A stretch of 64,000 nt of DNA from positions 192,001-256,000 of IMG/VR virus record IMGVR_UViG_3300028840_006907. One strand, 5' to 3'. Shown here piece after piece: positions 19,418-28,192 of this stretch. Made by a program: the position numbers and the translations under genes. The number at the start of each line of letters is the position of its first letter. The stretch's first letter is position 1. Below the pieces are notes generated by a model that searched no databases, was not told where the DNA came from, and saw only the letters and a program-made list of their open reading frames with translations. The stretch is from a virus.

Positions 19418-20098
19418 ATGGTAATTCTTGAATCCGGTGTTGGTTATAGAATACAAGAGAATTATGTATTTGATAACGAGGTGATTCAATTTGGAGCTGC
19501 TAGAAGTGGCACTACCTTAATGTGGAATATACTAGCACGATTATTTAGAAAAGTTTGGAAATCTCATCAATATATACCAAAATCGATGGTTGAGAAAGAT
19601 ACGAAAGTATTTATAACAATAAGACATCCAAGAGATATGGTCCTGTCTTTAATGAGGGTGGAAGAAGATATTGATGATTTATCTTCAATTACTAAAGAAA
19701 AATTAGAAGCTTATATAACATGGATTGAGAGTTATCAGAAATTTTATGAAACTTTTTATAATGAATACGATCATTTTGATTTCAGGTTTGAGAATTATAA
19801 TATTAATACAGTATTTAATGTAATTGAAAATAATTATGGGGAGATACCTGAAAATCTTAAAGAAAAAATTAAAAAAGATGTAAGTAAAGAACAGGTATTA
19901 AAGGATGTATCTCATAAAGGAAAAAGGCAATTAATAAAAAATGGTTATAGTGCTTATTTTCTTAATAGGAATAGTAAACATATATCAGATAAAGAACCAG
20001 ATGAATATTTTAATATGTTATCTTTAAATTTACAGAAGAAATTAAATAAAAGTCTTGGCGAGTTTAAAATTTTTCTAGGATATAGTGCAGGAATTTAA
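19418..20098 (+). CDS. sulfotransferase-family protein
   Basis: P-loop-like FGAARSGTT (5'-PSB-like) and RHPRD (3'-PB-like) motifs. Confidence 0.5.
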   Translation: MVILESGVGYRIQENYVFDNEVIQFGAARSGTTLMWNILARLFRKVWKSHQYIPKSMVEKDTKVFITIRHPRDMVLSLMRVEEDIDDLSSITKEKLEAYITWIESYQKFYETFYNEYDHFDFRFENYNINTVFNVIENNYGEIPENLKEKIKKDVSKEQVLKDVSHKGKRQLIKNGYSAYFLNRNSKHISDKEPDEYFNMLSLNLQKKLNKSLGEFKIFLGYSAGI

Positions 20099-20141
20099 AA
20101 GAAAGATAGTTCTTTTATAAAACTAATAATCTTTCAATATT

Positions 20142-20663
20142 TTGGCTATATGTATGGATGTATTGCTAGTAATGAATCCTCAAAATAGCTTTCTTTCTGA
20201 GACCGGAAGCGTTTATATGGGAGAAAGAGCTGAGGTTTTAAAAATCCGGTTAATTGATTATTTTTCAAGATTTACTAAAAAGATAATATTTTTCCGAGAG
20301 AAACACGCTCTAGAAGATGAATTTTTTGTAACAGATAAAACTCATTCAATTACAAATACAGAAGATTTTTTAATTTGTGATTCATTGAAGAAGTTTGCTA
20401 ATACTATAATAGACAAAACAAGGTACAATGCCTTTTTTCGGACTCCGCTTGAAGAGACATTAATGCGATTAAAGGCAAAACATATAGGTATTGTAGGAAT
20501 TGAAACACATTCTTCAGTTCTGTTTACTGCTGAAGAATTACGAAATAGATTATATGAAGTAACAGTAATAGAGCCATGTGTGATGTCAAGAGATGATTAT
20601 TTACATGGTTATGCTATTACATTAATGTGTCATCTTTTAGGAGTGAGGATAGCCAATGGATAA
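20142..20663 (+). CDS. isochorismatase/cysteine-hydrolase-like protein
   Basis: N-terminal DVLLVMNPQNSF and central GIVGIETHSSV resemble isochorismatase-family core; catalytic Cys not evident. Confidence 0.4.
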   Translation: MAICMDVLLVMNPQNSFLSETGSVYMGERAEVLKIRLIDYFSRFTKKIIFFREKHALEDEFFVTDKTHSITNTEDFLICDSLKKFANTIIDKTRYNAFFRTPLEETLMRLKAKHIGIVGIETHSSVLFTAEELRNRLYEVTVIEPCVMSRDDYLHGYAITLMCHLLGVRIANG

Positions 20664-20997
20664 AACAACTTATTTTAAGCTTGAGTGTCCAAGATGTCAT
20701 TCCCCAGCTCGTGCCAAAGTGAACAAGAAAGTGTATAAATTTTTAATCTATCGATGCCCTTTTTGTGATAGTAATGTTGTTTATTATGAAGACACTGTAG
20801 ATATTTTGTCTGATGAATTTATGAAAACATTGATGAAAGATAAACATCTTACTTTTTGTGGCGATGCTGTATTTCCAAAAGTCTCTCCATCAAACGAAAG
20901 TATTATAAAGGAAGAAATCACACTTGATCGAATTAGAGATTTTGTGATTACTCTTAATACAGAAAAGGATTTTCAGACATTCCTTAAAAAAATTTAA
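20656..20997 (+). CDS. zinc-ribbon protein
   Basis: CPRCHS...CPFCDS near N-terminus. Confidence 0.45.
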   Translation: MDKTTYFKLECPRCHSPARAKVNKKVYKFLIYRCPFCDSNVVYYEDTVDILSDEFMKTLMKDKHLTFCGDAVFPKVSPSNESIIKEEITLDRIRDFVITLNTEKDFQTFLKKI

Positions 20998-21023
20998 TTT
21001 TTCTTCTGAACATTTCTCTGTCT

Positions 21024-21036
21024 CACTTCGTATAAT
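21024..21036 (+). promoter_or_regulatory. promoter-like motif CACTTCGTATAAT
   Basis: Partial copy of the recurrent TCGTGTCGTATAAT element; TATAAT ends 4 nt before ATG at 21041. Confidence 0.35.
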
Positions 21037-21040
21037 ATGT

Positions 21041-21451
21041 ATGGAAGAAAACATTAAAGCTGGCGATTTGTTGTTTTTAACTGAGTCTTTTCATAAATAT
21101 ATTAGTAAAAAGTTCCCAGACTCAAAAATTATTCTGACAAATAGGATAGCAAAGTTAGAAGAAATTATTGATTGGGAAAGTGTTAAAGGTAAATCTATAA
21201 AAGCAGCTCGGTTAAAAAGCGGTAAGTGGAAAAACCTACCCATTGAAGAGAATAAGTACATAGTCTCTATCTATTACCATGATTTAACTGGTCGAAAGGG
21301 CCAAAAGGGTGTTGCTGAACGGGCTGTGCCTATGTTTCGGTATCACCCCAAGTCTGGTAAACCCTTCTTTGTTAAAATCCCTGATTGGATATATAAAGAA
21401 ATAAATAAGAAATGTGAACATTTTCGTGTGGAATTGGAGGAAGAAGAATGA
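21041..21451 (+). CDS. hypothetical protein
   Basis: 136-aa ORF. Confidence 0.5.
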   Translation: MEENIKAGDLLFLTESFHKYISKKFPDSKIILTNRIAKLEEIIDWESVKGKSIKAARLKSGKWKNLPIEENKYIVSIYYHDLTGRKGQKGVAERAVPMFRYHPKSGKPFFVKIPDWIYKEINKKCEHFRVELEEEE

Positions 21452-21804
21452 ATGGTAGTACCTCAGATAAATTCCTTTATGCTGTAAGAAATAAAAAGGG
21501 CTTATGGTTTAAGAACGGTAGAAGATATGAAGACGATAATTGGGTGGAAGATTTTCAGAAAGCTCGTATTTATAGCAGAATAGGAGATGCTCGAAGGACT
21601 ATTACTTGCTTTATGGATGATGATGACATTGCTAATGTCGTTGTATTTAAAGTAACTGAAGTTAGAAGTATTGATGATACGGAACGTCAAGAAGTACGCA
21701 TCGATAGGGAAGAGAAGAAAGAAAAAAGAAAACAATTAAAAAAAGCCAAAATAAAAATGGAAGAAGCTCAACGAGAATACCAAAAACAATTAAGTGGGGT
21801 CTAA
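21448..21804 (+). CDS. hypothetical basic/acidic protein
   Basis: 118-aa ORF, ATGA overlap with upstream gene. Confidence 0.45.
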   Translation: MNGSTSDKFLYAVRNKKGLWFKNGRRYEDDNWVEDFQKARIYSRIGDARRTITCFMDDDDIANVVVFKVTEVRSIDDTERQEVRIDREEKKEKRKQLKKAKIKMEEAQREYQKQLSGV

Positions 21805-22348
21805 AGTGAGGATAGTTACTACTTCATGCACTAAGGGTAGGTCAACTGCCATCACTATAGAAGCTGATAAAGAAGAAGATTTAACTGTTCTTAAGGGAAT
21901 GTTAAATTCTCATGTATGGGTTCGTATGAATAAATATAATGAACTCGAATCAGCCCCAGCCCATCGGGATCCTCCACTAGTATATGATGATAGAATTGAT
22001 CCTATATGGGATGGTAAACCTGCTATGACCAAAAAACTTCGTGATTTTGAAAAAGAAGATAACTTGGGAAAAGATCGTTCTATTTATGTGCAGTCTATTG
22101 AAGGTTATGATGGTGATAGAGATACAAAGGCTCAGAAATTAACATTTAATGGATTTGTATCTTTGCGAAGTAGAAAAGGTATGAGAGATGGTAAGTGCTG
22201 GGAAATATGGTATTTACCAGGACCCTGGGCAGCAGAAGGAGAATTAAGAGGGAAAAATATTGAATATATAATAGATTGGTTATGTAGGGAAATAAGACCG
22301 GGAACTATTGAACTTGGTGGTCGCCGTTATGGATTGGTTTTGGATTAA
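21794..22348 (+). CDS. hypothetical protein
   Basis: 184-aa ORF. Confidence 0.5.
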   Translation: MGSKVRIVTTSCTKGRSTAITIEADKEEDLTVLKGMLNSHVWVRMNKYNELESAPAHRDPPLVYDDRIDPIWDGKPAMTKKLRDFEKEDNLGKDRSIYVQSIEGYDGDRDTKAQKLTFNGFVSLRSRKGMRDGKCWEIWYLPGPWAAEGELRGKNIEYIIDWLCREIRPGTIELGGRRYGLVLD

Positions 22349-22350
22349 TT

Positions 22351-23034
22351 ATGTTTCTTGATATTTTAATAAAAAATCTTCATAGATCGATACATCGTTA
22401 TCCTGAGGTAATACGTTATTTACATTCTCGGTATGTTACAGATGAAGATATAAAAAAATATGAGATAGGTTATAATAAAATAGTATCTATACCTGAAGAT
22501 CCTGGTACTGATAGACAGAGAATGATGGAAGAGTGTTATAAAGGGAGAAAATTAGAAGGGAAGATTATTTTTCCAATAAAGGATAATATGGGTAATATTG
22601 TGGGTTTGACAAGTAGATCCATTGAGAATAAGGAATTTAAAATATTCGTTACTGAAATTGCCCGGTATACTGGATTTTTCTTTGGGTTACCAGAAGCTTT
22701 ACCGTTTGCTTATAAAGAAAATAGAATTTATGTAGTTGAGGGTCAGTTCGATTTCTTTGCTCTTGTTAAAGTTTTTCCGAATACTGTAGCAACATTGACA
22801 TCATATTTATCAGAAGCTCAGTATAATTTTTTACGCTTTTTTTGTGACACAATTGTTACTGTTTTTGATCATGATGAAGCCGGGATACGTGGTCGGGAAA
22901 ACGCAGAGAATTTTAAAGGAGTTATTCAGATGGATTTAGGTGTTCATAAAGATCCTGCGAGATGTTTAGAAAAACGTTCTTTTCAAGATTTTAAAAAATA
23001 TGTTTTACGTAAATCTCCTGCAAATATTTCATAG
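22351..23034 (+). CDS. Toprim-domain protein (primase-like)
   Basis: YVVEGQFDF ... VFDHDEAGIRG matches Toprim E...DxD signature; no clear DnaG zinc finger. Confidence 0.5.
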   Translation: MFLDILIKNLHRSIHRYPEVIRYLHSRYVTDEDIKKYEIGYNKIVSIPEDPGTDRQRMMEECYKGRKLEGKIIFPIKDNMGNIVGLTSRSIENKEFKIFVTEIARYTGFFFGLPEALPFAYKENRIYVVEGQFDFFALVKVFPNTVATLTSYLSEAQYNFLRFFCDTIVTVFDHDEAGIRGRENAENFKGVIQMDLGVHKDPARCLEKRSFQDFKKYVLRKSPANIS

Positions 23035-23076
23035 AACTATATATAGGAGAACTATTTGTGAAGAGGATGTATATCT

Positions 23077-23454
23077 ATGAGTGAAAAGAGCCCTTTTAAA
23101 AAGACTCGATTGGAAGAATATAGAGAGAAATTGTATAAAAAGATTACTTGGATTATTTATATAGTAAGGTGTGCTGATGATACTTATTTCGGAGGAATGA
23201 CAAGAAATTTAAAAGAAGATTTAGAGTTAATTAATGTTCATAGAAGGGGAAAATATTTCAGTAAGAATCCAGAAAGGTTACCAGTAGAGCTTGTTTACCA
23301 TGAATATGTTCCTTTTAAAGAAGCTATGGCTAAATTCAATTATTTGAAAAAGATGAATAAAAGATTGAAGTTAAAGTTGATTAGAACTAAAGTATGGCCA
23401 TATGGTGGGGCTTGGAAGGAATTTGCTGAAAATAATCCTGAATATTTAGTGTAG
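23077..23454 (+). CDS. GIY-YIG nuclease-domain protein
   Basis: IIYIVRC ... YFGGMTRNLKEDLELINVHRRGK resembles the GIY-YIG core with Arg and Glu. Confidence 0.55.
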   Translation: MSEKSPFKKTRLEEYREKLYKKITWIIYIVRCADDTYFGGMTRNLKEDLELINVHRRGKYFSKNPERLPVELVYHEYVPFKEAMAKFNYLKKMNKRLKLKLIRTKVWPYGGAWKEFAENNPEYLV

Positions 23455-23460
23455 GAAGTT

Positions 23461-23489
23461 GTTGACAAGTATTCGCCTTATATTTATTA
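23461..23489 (+). promoter_or_regulatory. sigma70-like promoter candidate upstream of dnaX
   Basis: TTGACA, 17-nt spacer, TATTAT; a second extended -10 (TGTATAAT) at 23522-23529. Confidence 0.4.
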
Positions 23490-23601
23490 TTTAAAATAAG
23501 TTTAATTTAAGTAATAAATAATGTATAATGAGTATTTATCTACGGATAAGTCAAAAATGTAAGGGAGAACTCAAATTAAACTAGCTATAAAATACAGACC
23601 A

Positions 23602-24954
23602 TTGACATTTGATGACGTGGTAGGCCAAGAAGGGACTGTTCTAGTCTTAAAAAAAGCTGTAAGCAATGATAATTATGGTTCAGCCTATCTATTCTCTGGG
23701 CCTTCAGGTGTTGGGAAAACTACAATAGGTAGAATCTTTTCAAATACGATCCTTTGTGAATCACCTATAAATAATAGCCCATGTCTTAAATGTGAATCTT
23801 GTTTATTATTTAGAAAAGAGCAACATTTTAGTTATAGAGAATTAGATTCTGCCTCTTTTGGTGGTAAAGAAGATATGGTAAAATTACGTGATGATGCCTC
23901 TTCTCTGGGAGTATCAAAGAAAAAGATCATTCTTCTTGATGAGAGCCATGATATCAGTAAAGCTGGTCAGGATTCCTTATTAAAACAAATAGAACAGTGT
24001 CCTGAGCATTTAATTTATTTGTTCTGTACGACTGATCCTGATAAAATGAATGAAACTTTACGAAACAGATGTACTCCATTTCATTTTACCCGTATAGAAC
24101 CACCTCTTATAAAACAAAGATTAAAAGTAATTTGTGAAAAAGAAGGCTTTACATATCAGGAAGAAGTATTGGATATTATATCGGAGAGATCTGAAGGTCA
24201 CGTACGCAATGCCATAAATCTATTGGAGTTAGTCGCTTATCTTGGTGAAATTACTATTGAGAATTTAGACAAGATCTCCAAAGATTTTGAAGAAGATATC
24301 TTTACTATTTTATCTAATTTAGGTATTGATCTTAATAAAGTTATCAGTACTTATAGAAAGATTTCTTCCTATTTATCGGTATTTGAATTCTATAACTCAT
24401 TTCTATCTTTAGTAAATGATTCGGTAAAATTATTATACGGCTATGAAGATTTTCTTGAAAAAAGAAAAAAATTATTAATGAAATTGAAAACCATTCATGG
24501 TCAGAGTCTCCCTGAGTTCCTGAATTACCTTATTACACGGGATAAATATGTGGAAAAGGTTGGAATTGAGAGTGATTTGTTAATTTTACATTACAAATAT
24601 AGTGCTGATAGTTTTGTACCTCGGATACAACAAAAACCCTTAAAAAACCCACAAATAACTAATCCTAAAAATAAAGATGAAGAACTTAAACCTCCGTCTT
24701 TCACTGTGGATGAACTCACAAAAATGGGCGTTGAAAAACGTAGTGAGTTTCTTCGTAATCAGCGAAAAAATCATAAATTGGAGGATAAGGAAGAATCATT
24801 AGTTGTGCCAGCAGAATGGCCCTTACCAAAAGAAGAGAGACCGGGGAATACTGACAATGGGGAGGTTGAGTTAACACCTCACGAATTCTCTTTGAGATTG
24901 GTAGGAGGACGAGGTGGCAAAAAGCAACAAATGGCTGATTCTCGAACTGAATGA
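23602..24954 (+). CDS. dnaX: DNA polymerase III tau/gamma-like clamp-loader ATPase
   Basis: GPSGVGKTT P-loop, zinc module CLKCESC, SRC-type region; conserved N-terminal YRP.TFDDVVGQE begins in-frame upstream of 23602, so true start may be ATT at 23575 after RBS AAGGGAG. Confidence 0.8.
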   Translation: MTFDDVVGQEGTVLVLKKAVSNDNYGSAYLFSGPSGVGKTTIGRIFSNTILCESPINNSPCLKCESCLLFRKEQHFSYRELDSASFGGKEDMVKLRDDASSLGVSKKKIILLDESHDISKAGQDSLLKQIEQCPEHLIYLFCTTDPDKMNETLRNRCTPFHFTRIEPPLIKQRLKVICEKEGFTYQEEVLDIISERSEGHVRNAINLLELVAYLGEITIENLDKISKDFEEDIFTILSNLGIDLNKVISTYRKISSYLSVFEFYNSFLSLVNDSVKLLYGYEDFLEKRKKLLMKLKTIHGQSLPEFLNYLITRDKYVEKVGIESDLLILHYKYSADSFVPRIQQKPLKNPQITNPKNKDEELKPPSFTVDELTKMGVEKRSEFLRNQRKNHKLEDKEESLVVPAEWPLPKEERPGNTDNGEVELTPHEFSLRLVGGRGGKKQQMADSRTE

Positions 24955-25426
24955 AATCGAGGATATTAATTATCATGAAATAGAATCGACAATTATCAAC
25001 ATTTTTGGAGATAAGGTTGATTATTTCATACCAATCCATCATGAGCGGATGGGTTCGTATATTAGCACAAGTGTTTTAATTGATGGCTATGTTTTTGTAA
25101 GAGATTGTTTAGAAGTTCGTGAAAATTTGAACAATCTACAAGAAACAAGAGTTTTTTCAGGAGCTTTGTTTCTTTCAGGTAAATACCAAACAGTGAATTC
25201 GGATGAAATAGGATCATTAAAGAAAAAATTAAAGAATTCATTAAAAAGAAAATTCATTGTTGGTATGAGAGTGATAGTACTTGATGGAGTTTTTAAAAAT
25301 TTGAAAGGTGAAGTGATTAGTATAGAAGATAGTGGGAAAAAAGTTATGATTAAGATTAAGCGCTTGACCCGTGAAATTATAGCACCCATACCTTCGACAC
25401 TTTTGGAGTATTATAAAGACAATTAA
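24914..25426 (+). CDS. NusG-like transcription factor (NGN plus KOW)
   Basis: KOW-like GMRVIVLDGVFKNLKGEVISI; N-terminal KWLILEL segment. Confidence 0.5.
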   Translation: MAKSNKWLILELNEIEDINYHEIESTIINIFGDKVDYFIPIHHERMGSYISTSVLIDGYVFVRDCLEVRENLNNLQETRVFSGALFLSGKYQTVNSDEIGSLKKKLKNSLKRKFIVGMRVIVLDGVFKNLKGEVISIEDSGKKVMIKIKRLTREIIAPIPSTLLEYYKDN

Positions 25427-25458
25427 TAATCTTTTGAAACTTTTCTTGAGATAGAGAT

Positions 25459-26373
25459 ATGGATAATTTAATAGTAGATGGTTTTGGTATAGTTTATAAG
25501 TCACATTATGCTTTTAATACCCTATTAACTTCTACAGGGATATTATCTGGAAGTGTTTATGGTTTTTTGATTAGTATGAGAACTATTAAAAATAGTTATC
25601 CTCATTGTCATCTGACGATTGCTTGGGATAATGATGCTACAAGAAGAAAAGAAGCCTTTAGCAGTTATAAAAGTAATCGTAAAAAAATAGGTCTCTTTGA
25701 ACAAATAGAAGATCTCAAAGAAATTTTTTCAAATTTAAATGTCTCTCAGGCCGAATATGCGGGAGAAGAAGCTGATGATGTTATAGCATCTCTGACAAAG
25801 AAATACACTGAAAATTTAGTCTATATTTACAGTTCAGATAAAGATATGTTTCAATTGGTTGAAAATGGGAAAGTTATTGCCATAAGACCTAAAAAAGGCA
25901 AAAATCCTGAGAGATATTATGATGAAGAGAAAGTCAAAGAAGAATTTGAGGTCAGTCCGAAAAATTTTGCTTGTTTTCAATGTTTTCGAGGGGATTCTGT
26001 CGATGGCATCCCAGGAGTCCCACGTGTGAAATCTTCTTTACTTGCTTACCTTTCAGAAAAATACGAAACTCCAGAAAGAATCTACCAACATCTCGATGAA
26101 GAAAAATTAACTCCTTATCAAAGAAAAGCTCTTTTAGAATTTAAGGAACAAATAACAGTTAATATGCAGTTAGTGACATTACGTACAGATTTAGTATTAA
26201 ATGTGATTGATGGTGAACCTAAACCTTCTGCATTATTACCTTTTTTAGATAAGTATGAAATACGTTCAATTAACCCAGATACATATGCAAGAGTCTTTGC
26301 AGATATCCCTTCTTTTAATGCAAGAAAAGCTCCTAGTTTTGAGAGCTATTCTTTATTTGATGATGAGGAGTAA
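25459..26373 (+). CDS. 5'-3' exonuclease / flap endonuclease (PIN-like)
   Basis: N-terminal LIVDGFGIVYKSHYAF and acidic clusters typical of Pol I-type 5' nuclease; helix-hairpin-helix-like DGIPGV. Confidence 0.7.
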   Translation: MDNLIVDGFGIVYKSHYAFNTLLTSTGILSGSVYGFLISMRTIKNSYPHCHLTIAWDNDATRRKEAFSSYKSNRKKIGLFEQIEDLKEIFSNLNVSQAEYAGEEADDVIASLTKKYTENLVYIYSSDKDMFQLVENGKVIAIRPKKGKNPERYYDEEKVKEEFEVSPKNFACFQCFRGDSVDGIPGVPRVKSSLLAYLSEKYETPERIYQHLDEEKLTPYQRKALLEFKEQITVNMQLVTLRTDLVLNVIDGEPKPSALLPFLDKYEIRSINPDTYARVFADIPSFNARKAPSFESYSLFDDEE

Positions 26374-26377
26374 AGTT

Positions 26378-27016
26378 ATGAAAAATAGTTCTTTTTTAAG
26401 ACGGATGGATTGTGTTGAGATGGATGCTCGTTTTTCTAATGAGAATGCCATTAAATACAGTGAACTGAAAAGTTCTTTAATAACTTACGAAGAAATCAGA
26501 CCTTTTTTATATCGTTTACCTCCTCGGGAAATAGATCTCATAGAGCTTTATTATAATGAACGTAAAAATCAAAAGGATATTGCAAAGATATTCGGTGTTA
26601 CTCAAGGAGCTATTTCTAGCCGGTTGACTCGGGCAAAGAAACGATTGAGATTTTTAAAGGATCTTCCTAAAATTAGTGACGAGGAAATTGATGGTTGTTT
26701 GTGTAAATATTTTGACCGATTAGAGTTAGAGATAATTAAATTTATGATGTTGACTACTTGTCAGAGTAAAACAGCTCAATTGATAAATAAAAAGTTCAAT
26801 CTTGTTGATGCAAAGAAAAAAATGACACAGGTCAAAGTCCGTCACAGATTCGAAAAATGTTTATGCAGATTAAAAGAAGAGATGAAAAAAGATCCTGAGA
26901 TAAAGAAGTACCATAAGTTGCTCGAATATATAAAGAAGAACCTTTATAAATTGCATGAAGTGAAGTTACCTCATTTTGATCGGGGTACTCATGCGGTTTT
27001 TTCAATTATTGTGTAA
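26378..27016 (+). CDS. sigma-70-family-like factor (region 4 HTH)
   Basis: QKDIAKIFGVTQGAISSRLTRAKKRLR resembles sigma region 4.2; start chosen at ATG 26378 after FEN stop. Confidence 0.5.
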   Translation: MKNSSFLRRMDCVEMDARFSNENAIKYSELKSSLITYEEIRPFLYRLPPREIDLIELYYNERKNQKDIAKIFGVTQGAISSRLTRAKKRLRFLKDLPKISDEEIDGCLCKYFDRLELEIIKFMMLTTCQSKTAQLINKKFNLVDAKKKMTQVKVRHRFEKCLCRLKEEMKKDPEIKKYHKLLEYIKKNLYKLHEVKLPHFDRGTHAVFSIIV

Positions 27017-27130
27017 AAAATAAAAATTTTACTTGCTCTTTCTGGTTTTTTAATTTATTTACTTTAAATGACCGAGCATGCAGGTCTAAGCGCATGTGTG
27101 GGTGGGCCGCCAATCGAGATGCCCAAAATA

Positions 27131-27150
27131 AGTAACTGTTACAGGTTACT
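27131..27150. promoter_or_regulatory. inverted repeat AGTAAC-N8-GTTACT abutting start of downstream gene
   Basis: AGTAACTGTTACAGGTTACT directly before ATG 27151; preceded by GC-rich hairpin CATGC...GCATG. Confidence 0.3.
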
Positions 27151-27168
27151 ATGAAAAAGGAGACATTT

Positions 27169-28128
27169 ATGTCTAACGAATTAACTCCCCGTATTGAAAA
27201 AGCATCCGAACTCCTGGGTGTAGAAACCAATTCCCTTACAAAACATCTTGATGAAAATGGAATTTCCAATGATTCCACTGGTGTGACCGTTTTGGGAGCA
27301 AAAACTACTACGATTGATGATCTTGTAGAAATTCTTGGTAGTCTTGAAACTAAAGCTCCTAAACTTAAAATCAAGACTGCTGCAGGTTTTCTGAAGAATG
27401 GTTTAGAAGAAAAGCCGGAGCCTACCCCTGAACTTGTTCCTTCCTCTCCAAGTTTTTCTATTGCACGAGAGCTAAAAATGGCTCGTCCTATTGAGCAATG
27501 GTCTGATGATGATCTTCTAGCCAGATATATCAAGGATCGTGAAGTAGATGTCGAATTAGAGCTTCATAAACGGGCTAAACAGGATCGTTTTATTGTTTTA
27601 GAACCGTCTGATAAAGGTTATGAGCCGGGTAAGGAAGTAATAGATTTTGTTAAGAGTATAGAACTTCTTAAAAGTGCTCGTAAAGGTAAAATGAAAAATC
27701 CTTCAACACTCCCCGTGATTGGTGGAGTCAGACCTGTTTATTTTATCACTGAGTTCAATATTAATGATCGAATGACTGAATTATGCCCTATCTGTGGACA
27801 GGGTTTATATAACAGTTATTGTGATCGTTGCATCATTGATTTTACTGGGATTGATGATGATTCTCGTGCTTATATGAATCTTGTAGCAAAGATGGAAACA
27901 TTTAATACCAGTAGTGCGAGTGATCGTAAGGCTCTATTTGCTAGCGCTAAAAACGGTATCACTGGTTTGAAATCAGAATGGCCAGCTTTGGCACAGACAT
28001 TCGATGAACTTAAAGCTACACAGCAATTACCTCAGATTAGGGTAATTACATCACGTCCTTCGAAACAGGGTAAAGAAGATCCTTTTTTCCAAGATGGTAA
28101 TCGTTCCGTTGGAAATAAGAAATTTTAA
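27169..28128 (+). CDS. hypothetical protein (possible structural protein)
   Basis: Strong RBS AAAAGGAG before ATG 27169 (alternative ATG at 27151); Cys4 cluster CPICGQ...CDRC. Confidence 0.5.
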   Translation: MSNELTPRIEKASELLGVETNSLTKHLDENGISNDSTGVTVLGAKTTTIDDLVEILGSLETKAPKLKIKTAAGFLKNGLEEKPEPTPELVPSSPSFSIARELKMARPIEQWSDDDLLARYIKDREVDVELELHKRAKQDRFIVLEPSDKGYEPGKEVIDFVKSIELLKSARKGKMKNPSTLPVIGGVRPVYFITEFNINDRMTELCPICGQGLYNSYCDRCIIDFTGIDDDSRAYMNLVAKMETFNTSSASDRKALFASAKNGITGLKSEWPALAQTFDELKATQQLPQIRVITSRPSKQGKEDPFFQDGNRSVGNKKF

Positions 28129-28144
28129 TTAATTGGTTTTAACA

Positions 28145-28168
28145 CATAGTCCTCTTATGAGGACTATG
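28145..28168. promoter_or_regulatory. perfect 10-bp stem hairpin (CATAGTCCTC-TTAT-GAGGACTATG)
   Basis: Intergenic if the downstream gene starts at 28193; no trailing T-run. Confidence 0.4.
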
Positions 28169-28192
28169 AAAATAGATAGGGAGAATAAAAAT

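Noticed and set aside
27006-27533. 175-aa minus-strand ORF
   Set aside because: Antisense to the sigma-like gene end and to the RBS-supported 27169 gene; Ser/Arg-rich low-complexity translation.
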